The notes below the pieces were generated by a model. That model did not search any database. It had not been told where the DNA came from and saw only the letters and a list, made by a program, of their open reading frames with translations. A stretch of DNA of 64,000 nt. Source: Candidatus Aminicenantes bacterium. Its GTDB lineage: Bacteria > Acidobacteriota > Aminicenantia > Aminicenantales > Saccharicenantaceae. The stretch's first letter is position 1. Each line of letters begins with the position of its first letter. Location: NCBI GenBank assembly GCA_963843505.1, contig CAWJKR010000005.1, positions 74,632 through 138,631 on the forward strand. The letters run 5' to 3'. Below are positions 31,142 to 42,685 of this stretch, piece after piece. The position numbers and the translations under genes are program-made.

Positions 31142-31510
31142 TAAAACCCGTCGCGGAAGGTAGGTCCCTCCTTCGTTGGTCACTCGTAACGACGGACTTC
31201 GCGATAAAAAAAGAAGCGGCCGGAGCGGGCCGTAAGCCGGATCCTGTCCCCGCTCGCGCGGGCGACGGTCATTTGTCTAGTCCCGGGATTGCTCCCGGGA
31301 TCCAGCGGCCGACCCGCCCCCTGGGACGGGCCATCCCAAAATGGGGCTCGTTTGGCCTTGCTCCGGATGGGGTTTGCCCTGCCCCCGGCGTCGCCGCCGG
31401 GGCGGTGAGCTCTTACCTCGCCATTTCACCCTTGCTCCCCGGAACGCTTGCGCGCCCCGGAGGGCGGTATGTTTTCTGTGGCACTTTCCCCCGGTCGCCC
31501 GGAGTCGCTG

Positions 31511-32965
<1,455 letters not shown>

Positions 32966-32988
32966 CGTCGTTCTGACCTCTTCTCGGG

Positions 32989-33017
32989 ATTCTAGCACAG
33001 ACCCGTCCCCCGGGCAA
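32989..33017 (-). promoter_or_regulatory. Sigma70-type promoter for the response regulator (TTGCCC-N17-TAGAAT, with TGC extension)
   Basis: Minus sense reads TTGCCCGGGGGACGGGTCTGTGCTAGAAT. Confidence 0.4.
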
Positions 33018-33119
33018 AAAGCCGGACTGTCGCCGGGGGACCGAGGCTTTCTTAAGGAAGGGGAATTTGGGAGGGTCCGGCCCCTGTGATAAACTGGAAC
33101 GGTTCAGTTCGGGTGTGTC

Positions 33120-34496
33120 ATGGCGAAAAGGGACCTTCCGGGATCGCGGCGGCTTGGGACCGGCCTCATCGCGGCCTTCTGCCTTGCCGCCCTTCCCCTG
33201 ATCTCCGCCGAGCCGGGCCGCTATTTCGTCCTCGATAACGGCCTGAAGGTCTTCCTCTACGAAAAGAGGGACGTTCCCCTTCTCCATGTTGTCACCGGCT
33301 TCGACGTCGGCTCCAAGGACGAGACCGACGAGACGAGCGGCCTCGTCCACCTCCTCGAGCATTGCCTCCTTTTCCAGGGGACGGCGGCCCGGTCGGGGGC
33401 CGAGGTCGGCGCCGACGTCCGGCGTCACGGCGCCTATTTCAACGGCAACACCGGGCAGGACCTGTCGGTCTTCGAGATCTCGCTTCCCTCCGAGTACGCC
33501 GATTTCGCGCTCCGCAACCAGAAGGACATCCTGTTCGGGCTCGATCTCGGCCAGGAGGAGCTCGACGGAGAGAAGGAGATCATCCTTGAGGAATTCAGCC
33601 AGATGGAGGACGACCCGGAGCGCAGCGCCGCCGATCTCGTCCTCCAGGACCTTTTCCCCGGGCAGGCCTACGGCCGTTCCGTCTACGGACGCCGCGATGT
33701 CATCGCCGCGGCCACGGCCGCCGAGCTCAAGGCATTCCACCGGAAGTTCTTTGTCGCCGACAATTGCGCCCTGGCCGTGGTCGGGGATTTCGACGCGGCC
33801 GACATGGAGCGCCTGGTCCGGGAGATCTTCGGTCCCCTGCCGAAGACGGGCTTCGAGCGGCGGCCCCTGCCGATGGCCGTCCCGCTGAAAAAGAGCGTCT
33901 CCCGGCGCCTCGAACGCGATGTCGCCGCAGGGCTATCTCTATCTCGGCTTCGCGGCCCCCGACTACAATCACCCCGACCGTTACGCCATGAGCGTCCTCT
34001 GCGAGGCCCTCGGGAGGGGCGTGAATCCCTCTCCTGGCCTCGTTCCTGCACAGCCAACGGGATTCCGTCCAGAACGTCTCCATGACCTACCTGCCGTTCA
34101 GGTTCGGCGGCGCGGCCATCGTCTCCATCAAAGCCGACCCCCGGGACATCGCGGCCGTCGAGCGCGCCGCGGTCTCCTTCCTCAAGAGGGCCGGCGATGT
34201 CTCTTACTCGAAGAAGGATTTCCTGGGCGCCGAGGCCGAGCTGGCCGCCTTCGACTATCTCGAGATGGCCAAGAACCAGATCCGGTTCGCGTCCGGCCAG
34301 GCCGAAGAATACGGCCTCCAGCTGGCCGGCTCGCTCGCCCGTCACATGCTCCTCAATACCCGCGCGAATCCCGGCCGCTACCTCGACGCGCATCGGCGCC
34401 GTCGATTCGGGCGACCTGAGGAAGGCCGCCGCCCGCTATTTCGGCCGGGGCGAGGCCGCCGCCGTCGCCATCGTCCCCGGGCGGGGTCAGAAATGA
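33120..34496 (+). CDS. M16 zinc peptidase, catalytic type (HxxEH present), signal peptide; two or three frame switches (~33925, ~34035-34060, ~34385)
   Basis: LDNGLKVFLYEKRDVPLLHVVTGFDVGSKDE, GLVHLLEHCLLFQGT, EKEIILEEFSQMEDDP, FHRKFFVADNCALAVVGDFD, ...YLYLGFAAPDYNHPD... Confidence 0.85.
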
Positions 34497-35909
34497 GGCC
34501 TCTGGCGCTGGCGATCCTGGCCGTTTTCGGGGCCTCGGCCCTGATTGGCCTCGGATCAGCGGCAGAACACGCCCGAAAGATTCACCCTGGCCGCGGGCAT
34601 CCCTTGCGTCTATCAGAAGGACGCGGTCTCGCCGACCACGGTCGTGGGGCTGTTCATCGCCGGGGGCAAGTCCGCGGTTCCGCCCGGCCTCGACGGCCTG
34701 GCCGCCGTCGCGACCAGGCTCCTGCTCGAGATCCCTGACGAGGACCAGGTCCGCGATCTCATGGCCCAGGCGACGCGCCTGAGCTATGTCTGCCTCGAGG
34801 ACTGCTCGGTCATCCTCATCGAGTGCCTGACGGAGAACCTCGAAGAAGCCCTGCGGGTGGCCGCCAAGCTCGTCCGGGACCCCCTCGTGTCCGGGCTGCG
34901 GGTCGGCCGGGCCAAGGAGCTCATGGCGTCCAACGCGAAGATCGAGGACGACGACGCCGTCGCGGCCGGCCGCAACGCCGCCCTGAAAGCGCTCTTCGGC
35001 GGCCGGGGCTACGGATCGGCCCTTTACGGCACGGAGCCCGGCCTCAAGTCGATCGACAGGAAAGACGCCCTCGGGTTCATCCGCCGTTATGTGGTCAAGC
35101 CGAACGTCTTCTTCTTCGCGGAGACGGACCTCGACCGGGACCCGTTCCGCCGTCTCCTCGAGGCCGCCTTCGACGCCTTCCCCGACGGGCCGGCCGCCGA
35201 GGTCCCGCGCCAGGAGCCCGTCCTGCCGGAGGACCGCGACATTTTCGTGGCGAAAGACGCCAAACAGACCTATATCGGCCGGGCTTTTACCCTGCCCCGG
35301 ACGGGGCTGAAGGACATGGCCGAGGGCTACCTCCTCGAGACCCTGCTCGGGAAGGGGCCCGGTTCGCGCCTGTGGACCCTGAGGGCCGACCGGAAGCTGG
35401 CCTACGGGGTCGACGCGGACCTGACCTGGATGAAGAGCGCGGGAGTGCTTATCGCCCACCTCGAGACGGGTCTGGCCAAGAGCCCGGAGGCCGGGGCGGC
35501 GCTCGACCGGGTCCTGTCCGCCCTCCGCGATGACGGGGTCACGGACGAGGAGCTCGAAGCGACGCGGACGATGGCGCGGGGACGCTTCCTCCGGGCCACC
35601 GAGGCGAAATCGCCGCGGCTCCGGACGATCGGTCTCTTCGAGGTCCTTGGCTTGGGGACGGAGGGCTCCTCCGGCTTTCTCGACGCCCTCCGCGGCGTGA
35701 CGCGCGAGGATCTGAACGCCTTCATCCGCGCGGCGCTCGATCCCGCCCGGGCCGTGCGCGTCTCCGTGGGGCCCGGCCCGTCCGGCAAGGCGAACGGCGT
35801 CGCCTTACCGGAATTCGGTGCTGACGATCGTCACCCGCCCGGGATAGGTGATCGGCCCGAGCGGCGTGGAAACGGTCGGCTGGGCGTCGAGCGCGATCCG
35901 CGTCCCTGA
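34493..35909 (+). CDS. M16-family protein, non-catalytic partner; frame switch near 34560; 3' end uncertain (overlaps the convergent gene by ~105 nt)
   Basis: ATG 34493 overlaps the upstream TGA. Signal MRPLALAILAVFGASALIG. Then FTLAAGIPCVYQKDAVSPTTVVGLFIAGG, ...FIRRYVVKPNVFFFAETD, GSRLWTLRADRKLAYGVDA. No HxxEH is present. Confidence 0.75.
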
Positions 35910-36434
35910 CCGGTCCCGGCCGCCGATGGCCAGGGCCAGGCCCACCAGATCTTCATAGCGCCGGCCCCCGAAAAACTGCAGGAGGTCGAGGGAGAGACGG
36001 AGCGGGATGACCGATTCCTGGCCTGTTCCCGGGATCTCGACGGGGTTGTCGATGTTCCCGGTGATCGTCGGGTTGTCGTCGATGAGCAGGCGGCATTCGA
36101 GGCCGGTCAGCGTGCTGGCCGTCTTGCGCGTCCCCTGGGTGCCGTCGTTGGGGTTGATGGCCAGGACGTCCACGACGAATTCGACCGGCAGCTTCTTCGT
36201 GTTATAGGACTGGGCGATCTTGAGGATGTCCGCGGCGCTGAGATCGCTCAGCTTCGACTTGTTGCTGATATCGAGCCCCAGGAGCCTGAAGTTCCTGACG
36301 CTCCCGATCTTGAATTTCAGCCGCTGCAGGTTGGCGATGACCGAGGCCATGTCGGTCAAGGCCGTGCAGCTGCCGCAGGCCAGGAGCGCGGCCAGGCCCA
36401 GGACGGCGGCGGAACGACGGGTCCGGTGACTCAT
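35805..36434 (-). CDS. Lipoprotein, unknown function
   Basis: Intact 209-aa ORF. Signal and lipobox AAVLGLAALLACGSC. GGAAAGGAG SD upstream. Any fold assignment (possibly a LEA-2-like beta sandwich) is a guess. Confidence 0.55.
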   Translation of the reverse strand: MSHRTRRSAAVLGLAALLACGSCTALTDMASVIANLQRLKFKIGSVRNFRLLGLDISNKSKLSDLSAADILKIAQSYNTKKLPVEFVVDVLAINPNDGTQGTRKTASTLTGLECRLLIDDNPTITGNIDNPVEIPGTGQESVIPLRLSLDLLQFFGGRRYEDLVGLALAIGGRDRSGTRIALDAQPTVSTPLGPITYPGRVTIVSTEFR

Positions 36435-36466
36435 GCTCGACTCCTTTCCCAGTGGCTTCCAGGTTT

Positions 36467-36495
36467 TTTATATGACCCGGGGCGGAAAATGTCAA
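36467..36495 (-). promoter_or_regulatory. Sigma70-type promoter for the lipoprotein gene (TTGACA-N17-TATAAA)
   Basis: Minus sense reads TTGACATTTTCCGCCCCGGGTCATATAAA. Confidence 0.55.
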
Positions 36496-36519
36496 CGCGC
36501 CCGGCGGAAAGGAGCTGTA

Positions 36520-36547
36520 TTGACAGCTTTTTGACACAATCTTGACA
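36520..36547 (+). promoter_or_regulatory. Three direct TTGACA boxes with exact 11-bp phasing upstream of the sulfatase-like gene
   Basis: TTGACAGCTTT TTGACACAATC TTGACA, at 36520-36525, 36531-36536 and 36542-36547. Confidence 0.5.
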
Positions 36548-36589
36548 ACTCCGGGCCTCCGGGGGAGCATCATCTGGGGGGAACGAGCG

Positions 36590-38179
36590 ATGTCCGTCGA
36601 AAGAGTCAGGTGGTTCGATCTCCACCCCTTTCTATGGGCCGTCCAGCCGATCCTCTTCCTCTATGCCCGGGCCTATGAGGAGGTCTCGATCGTCAAGGTC
36701 CTCGCCCCGCTCGGCGTGACCCTCGCGGGCGCGGCCTTGGTCTGGGCCCTCGCTCGCTTCGCCTTCGGCCGGGACCTCCGCAAGAGCGCTCTTCTCACCT
36801 CGGTCCTGCTGTTGCTGTTCTTCTCGTTCGGGCGCGTCGTGGACCTCCTGGGCCGTTTCTTCGAGGCCACGGGACTCTGGCCCAATCTCGGCCGGATGCA
36901 GATTCCCACGCGCATGGTCTCCCTCCAGACCGTCGTCCTGGCCGTCGACGCGGTCATCGTCTGCGCCTTCCTGGTCCGCCTGGCCCTCCGCAAGCCGCTC
37001 GCGGAAAGGACAGCCCCCGTCATGGCCGTGACGGCCGCCGTCCTGATCCTCATCTCGACCGGGCAGATCGCCGTGGGCCTGCTGTCCGCCCGGCCGGGCG
37101 ATCCTCCCCCGGTCCCCGCGCCCGCCATGAACCGCGTCTCGCCCGGCCTCACCCCCGACGTCTACATCATCGTCGTCGACGGATACGCCCGCGGCGACAT
37201 CCTGCGGGAATACTACGGATTCGACAACACGCCGTTCCTGTCCGCTCTCGGGGATCTCGGCTTTGATATCCCCCCAAAGAGCAGCGCCAACTACTCGTGG
37301 ACGTTCCTGTCCCTGGCCTCCGCCCTCAATATGGCCCCGCTCGACGAGCTGGCCGCGAAGACCGGGTCAGGGTCGCGCGATCAGAGAGGCGCCCAGGACA
37401 TGATCCGCAACAACGCCGCCATGGCCTTCCTGAAGGGACGCGGCTACCGGACCATCCATCTGGCCTCGGCTTGGGCCGGGACCCGCGTCAATCCTTACGC
37501 CGATGAGGTCCGGGCCGACCGGAATCACATCATGGACGACGATCTCACCCGGGCCCTGGTCGATTCGAGCTTCCTCGAGCTCTTCAACGATCGACTGCTC
37601 CGTGACATGGCCATGTTCTATCTCGAGCAGTTCGACAGGCTCGAGGAAACGGCCCCGGAACCCGGCCCGAAGATGGTCTTTTCCCACTTCATGCTCCCCC
37701 ATCACCCGTACATCTTCGACCGGGACGGCGCCGTCGTGCAGAACGGCTCCTTCGTGGACATCCTTCTGTATCGCAAGGCCCAATGGCGCCGCACCGACGC
37801 TTACATCGAGCAGCTGCAGTTCCTCAACACCAGGCTGCTCGAGACCTTCCGCGCCATCCTCCGGTCGTCCGCCGCGCCTCCGGTCATCGTCCTCTTTTCG
37901 GACCATGGCCCTTTCGTCGTCTCGGCGGACGCGGAGGCCTCGAAGCGGGCCCGGCTCGGTAACCTGACCGCGGTTCTCCTTCCGGGCGCGCCGGCCGGCC
38001 TCCTTCCTGAGGACGTCCAGCTCATCAACGTCCTTCCGATCGTCCTGAACCACTGCTTCCAGGCCGGATTGGCTCTTCGGCCGCCGGACAGGTTCTATTC
38101 GACCTACGCCCGGCCGTACGCCTTCGAGCCTGTCGGGCCGGAGCCCGAGCCGCGACACGAGACCGGGATCCGTAAATGA
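36590..38179 (+). CDS. Membrane-anchored alkaline-phosphatase-superfamily (sulfatase / LTA-synthase-like) protein
   Basis: Intact ORF. About five N-terminal TM segments, then PDVYIIVVDGYARGD, ...MVFSHFMLPHHPYIF, ...VIVLFSDHGP. Confidence 0.65.
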   Translation: MSVERVRWFDLHPFLWAVQPILFLYARAYEEVSIVKVLAPLGVTLAGAALVWALARFAFGRDLRKSALLTSVLLLLFFSFGRVVDLLGRFFEATGLWPNLGRMQIPTRMVSLQTVVLAVDAVIVCAFLVRLALRKPLAERTAPVMAVTAAVLILISTGQIAVGLLSARPGDPPPVPAPAMNRVSPGLTPDVYIIVVDGYARGDILREYYGFDNTPFLSALGDLGFDIPPKSSANYSWTFLSLASALNMAPLDELAAKTGSGSRDQRGAQDMIRNNAAMAFLKGRGYRTIHLASAWAGTRVNPYADEVRADRNHIMDDDLTRALVDSSFLELFNDRLLRDMAMFYLEQFDRLEETAPEPGPKMVFSHFMLPHHPYIFDRDGAVVQNGSFVDILLYRKAQWRRTDAYIEQLQFLNTRLLETFRAILRSSAAPPVIVLFSDHGPFVVSADAEASKRARLGNLTAVLLPGAPAGLLPEDVQLINVLPIVLNHCFQAGLALRPPDRFYSTYARPYAFEPVGPEPEPRHETGIRK

Positions 38180-38191
38180 CCCCGGGCCGGC

Positions 38192-41100
38192 CTATTCGGC
38201 CATCTTCTTGTAGGCTTCGTAGCGCTTTCGCGATTCCACCGCGGCCCGGGCGAACAGCTCCTTGGCGATCTCGGGGAACTGCTGGACGAGGGTCTTGTAG
38301 CGGACCTCGTTCTTGAGGAAAGCCTCGTATTCGAGCTTGGGCTCGCGGGAATCGAGCTGGAACGGGTTCTTGCCTTCCTTGGCCAGCAGCGGATTGAAGC
38401 GATAGAGCGTCCAGTAGCCGGTATCGACGGCCAGCTTCTCCTCGGCCTGGGACTTGCTCATGTCGATGCCGTGGTTGATGCAGGGGGAATAGGCGATGAT
38501 GATCGAAGGGCCGGGGAAGGCTTCGGCCTCGAGGAAGGCCTTGAGGCACTGGTTCATGTTGGCGCCCATGGCCACCGAGGCGACATAGACGTAGCCGTAG
38601 CTCATGGCCATCAGGCCGAGGTTCTTTTTGGAGGTCCTCTTGCCCGAGGAGGCGAACTTGGCCACGGAGCCGGTCGGCGTGGACTTTGGAAGCCTGGCCG
38701 CCCGTGTTGGAATAGACCTCGGTGTCGAGGACGAGGACGTTGACGTTGCGGTTCATGGCCAGGACGTGGTCGAGGCCGCCGTAGCCGATGTCGTAGGCCC
38801 AGCCGTCGCCGCCGATGCACCAGACGCTCTTCTCGACGAGGAAGTCCTTGAGCTCGTCGATCTTGGCGAGATGGGCCTTGGACCCGTTGGCCTTGGCCAG
38901 GGCGTCCGGCAGGGCGGCCCGCACGGCCTTGGCCGCGGCCTTGGCCTCGTCGCCGACATTGGCCCACGCGGCCTTCATCTTGGTCAGCGCGTCGGTCAGC
39001 GCCGGGGTCGTTCCGGCGGCCAGCGCGGCGTCGATCGAAGCCGCCAGCAGGCGCCGGTTGGCGTCGACCGCCAGGCGCATGCCGAAGCCGTATTCCGCGT
39101 TGTCCTCGAACAGGGAGTTGCCCCAGGCCGGGCCCTTCCCTTCCGTCGGTGACGCAGTAGGGGGAGGTCGGGAACGTGCCGCCGTAGATCGAGGAGCAGC
39201 CCGTGGCGTTGGCGATGATCATCCGGTCGCCGTAGAGCTGGGTGGCCAGCTTGACATAGGGCGTCTCGCCGCAGCCGGCGCAGGCGCCGCTGAACTCGAA
39301 GAGCGGCCGCAGGAACTGGCTGCCCTTGAGCGTGTCCGGCCTGACGCCGTCCATGACGTTGTCGGGAAGCCGGTCGAAGAACTCGGCTTTCTGCGTCTCG
39401 CCGGCCGCCCGGAGCTCGGCGATCGGGGTCATGACCAGGGCCTTGTTCTTGGCCGGGCAGACCTGGGCGCACGAGCCGCAGCCGACGCAGTCCTCGATGT
39501 AGCACTGCTCGCGGTAGCGGAGGCCCCGGTCGTTCTTGGTGTTCGACACGATGGTCGCGAAACCCTCGGGGGCGCCGGCGAGGTCGGCCGGGTCGATCTG
39601 CTTGGCCCGGATGGTCGCGTGAGGGCAGACGAAGCCGCACTGGTTGCACTGGATGCAGTTCTCGGGGATCCATTTCGGGCACTCGACGGCGATGCCGCGC
39701 TTCTCCAGGCGGGCCGTGGCCGTCGGCGTGGCCCCGTCGAGGGGCATCTTGGAGACGGGCAGGAGGTCGCCTTTGAACCGGGTGACGGGGTCGATGACCT
39801 CCTTGGCGTAGGCGCTGGCGTCGTCGGGGACGATCTTGGTGACCGGGGCCGACTTGGTGATCTTGGCCGGGACGGGAACGGCCTCGAGGCCCGAGGCGGC
39901 CCGGTCGATGGCGTCCCAGTTCATCTGCACGACCTCTTTGCCCTTGCGGCCGTAGGTCTTCTCGACGGCCTTCTTCATCAGGGCGATGGCCTCGGCCTCG
40001 GGCAGGACGCCCGAGAGCTTGAAGAAGCAGGCCTGCATGATCGAGTTGATGCGCAGGCCCAGCCCGAGCTCGCCGGCCATCTTCAGGGCGTCGATGGTGA
40101 AGACCTTGACCTTCTTGTCGATGATCGTCCGCTGCATGTCCTCGGTCAGGTGCTCGAAGACGTCGGCGGCCTTCCAGTCGGAGTTGATGAGGAACGTCCC
40201 GCCCTCGCGGATGCCTTCGAGGATGTCGAGCCGCCCGATGTAGGAGGGCTTGTGGAGGGCGACGAAATCGACCGTGTTGAGGAAGTACTGCGACTGGATC
40301 GGCTGCTTGCCGAAGCGAAGGTGGGAGATGGTGACGCCGCCCGACTTCTTGGAGTCGTACTGGAAGTAGCCCTGGCCGTACATGTCCGTGTGGTCGGCGA
40401 TGATCTTGATCGAGTTCTTGTTGGCCCCGACCGTGCCGTCCGAGCCGTAGCCGTAGAACTTGCAGCGGACCGTGCCGGGGAGCTCGGTGTCGAGGACCGG
40501 GCCGACGGGGATCGAAAGGTGGGTGACGTCGTCGATGATGCCCACGGTGAAGCCGTGGCTGGCCTTGCCGTCGAGGTGCTCGTAGACGGCCTTGACCATG
40601 GCCGGCGTGAATTCCTTGGAGGACAGGCCGTAGCGGCCGCCGATGACCTTGACCGGGCGGCCCGCCAGGGCGACGGCGACGTCGAGGTAGAGCGGCTCGC
40701 CGATCGAGCCCGGCTCCTTGGTCCGGTCGAGGACGGCGATCTTCCTGGCCGAGGCGGGCAGGGCCGCCGCGAGCGCGGCCGCGTCGAAGGGCCGGTAGAG
40801 GCGGACCTTGATGAGGCCGAGCTTGGCGCCGCGGGCGTTGAGGTGGTTGATCGTCTCCTCGGCGGTCTCCGCGCCCGAGCCCATCATGATGATGACCTTC
40901 TCGGCGTCGGGGGCGCCGAAATAATCGAAGAGGTGATACTGGCGGCCGATCGCGCCGGCGACCTTGTCCATGTAGTGCTGGACGAGGCCCGGGCACGCGT
41001 CGTAGTACTTGTTGACGGTCTCGCGGCCCTGGAAGTAGACATCGGGGTTCTGCTGGCCGACCTTCTGCATGGGACGCTCGGGATTGAGGGAGCGCGTCCG

Positions 41101-41715
41101 GAAGTCCTCGAGATACTGGGGCTCGAACAGCTTGGCCAGTGTCTCGTACGACACGACGTCGACTTTCTCGACGACGTTGGAGGTGCGGAAGCCGTCGAAG
41201 AAGTGGAGGAAGGGGATCTTGGTCCGCAGCGTCGCCAGGTGGGCGACGATGGCCAGGTCCTGGGCCTCCTGGACGGAGCCGGCGCAGGTCAGGGCGAAAC
41301 CCGTGTTGCGGGCGGCCATGACGTCGCTGTGGTCGCCGAAGATCGACAGCGCCTGGCAGGCCAGCGAGCGGGCCGAGACCAGGAAGACGGTCGGCAGCAT
41401 CTCGCCGGCGATCTTGTGCATGTTGGGGAGCATGAGCATCAGGCCCTGGGACGCCGTGAAGGTCGTCGTCAGGGCGCCGGCCGAGAGCGAGCCGTGGACC
41501 GCGCCGGACGCGCCGCCCTCCGACTGCATCTCGACGACGTCCACCCGCTGGCCGAAGATGTTCTTCCGGTCGTGGGCGGACCACTCGTCGGCCAGCTCGC
41601 CCATCGTCGAGGAGGGCGTGATGGGGTAGATGGCCGCGACCTCGGAATACGCGTAGGCGACATGGGTCGCCGCGGTGTTCCCGTCGATCGTTTGCATATT
41701 CTTCTTCGATTCCAT
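38192..41715 (-). CDS. nifJ: Pyruvate:ferredoxin (flavodoxin) oxidoreductase, single-chain; frame switches near 39150 and 38680
   Basis: AAGGAG precedes ATG 41715. MESKKNMQTIDGNTAATHVAYAYSEVAAIYPITPSS, ferredoxin motifs CIQCNQCGFVCPHA and CVGCGSCAQVCP, CAGCGETPY, TPP site WCIGGDGWAYDIGYGGLDHV, ...AYSPCINHGI. Confidence 0.95.
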
Positions 41716-41765
41716 GGACAACTCCTTTGAGCGATATGGTCGAACGTCGGCGGCGACGTGTCGGG

Positions 41766-42372
41766 CTATTCCTTGAGCTCGGTCCGGCCCTCCAGGGCCT
41801 TCTTGATGGTCACCTGGTCGGCGAAATCGAGGTCCGAGCCCACCGGCAGGCCCATGGCCAGCCGGGTGATCCGGATGCCGAATCCTTTGAGCACGCGGAG
41901 GAGATAGAGCGCCGTGGCCTCCCCTTCGACCGTCGGGTTCGTGGCGATGATGATCTCCTTGAAGGCGCCCTCCTCGATCCGCTTGGTCAGCTTGCCCAGG
42001 CGGAGCTCGTCGGGCCCGCGGCCCTTGAGCGGCGACAGGGCGCCGAGGAGGACGTGATAGCGGCCGCCGTAGGCGCCCGTCCGCTCGATCGAGGAGATGT
42101 TGAACGGCTCCTCGACGATGCACAGGGACTCGTCGGACCTGTTGCTCGTCCGAGCAGATCAGGCAGGGGTCGACGTGGGTGATGTTGTTGCAGCGGGCGC
42201 AGTAGAAGATCTTGCGCTTGGCCTCGCGGATGGCCTCGGCCAGGCGGTCGGTGTCCTCGGTCGGCAGGCCCAGGAAATAGAAGGCGATGCGCTGGGCCGT
42301 CTTGGCCCCGATGCCGGGGATGCGGCGGAGCTCCTCGATGAGGTCGTGAAGGGGCTGGGCGTATTCGAACAT
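41766..42372 (-). CDS. recR: Recombination protein RecR; one frame switch near 42135
   Basis: [24 protein letters not shown], zinc finger [17 protein letters not shown], Toprim part [25 protein letters not shown]..., [17 protein letters not shown]. Confidence 0.95.
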
Positions 42373-42685
42373 CAGCCGAGCCCCGGGATCTTGAGGCCGG
42401 CGCCCAGGCCGCCGAGCTTCTCCGCCAGGGCCTCGTCGACTTTGGCCGCCCCGTCGTTGAAGGCGGCGACGATGAGGTCCTGGAGCATCTCGACCTCGTT
42501 CGCGGCTCACGACCTCGGGCTCGATGCGGATGGACTGCAGGGCCTTGTGGCCGTCGAGGACGACCGTGACCATGCCGCCGCCGCTCGATCCCTCGATCCG
42601 CAGGACGGCCAGCTCCTTCTGGAGCCGGTCCTGCATCTCCTTGGCCGATCTTGAGCATCTTCTGGAGGTCCATGACGTTCTTCAT
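42372..42685 (-). CDS. ybaB: Nucleoid-associated protein YbaB/EbfC; frame switches near 42650 and 42505
   Basis: MKNVMDLQKMLK..KEMQDRLQKELAVLRIEGSSGGGMVTVVLDGHKALQSIRIEPEVV...EMLQDLIVAAFNDGAAKVDEALAEKLGGL. The start overlaps the dnaX stop and the stop overlaps the recR start. Confidence 0.9.

Noticed and set aside
32966-33119. Sigma54 promoter for the M16 operon divergent from the sigma54 activator
   Set aside because: The only TGG-containing candidate (CTGGAACGGTTCAGTTCG) lacks a TTGC/GC element at the required 10-nt spacing. The region is better explained by the regulator's own sigma70-type promoter.
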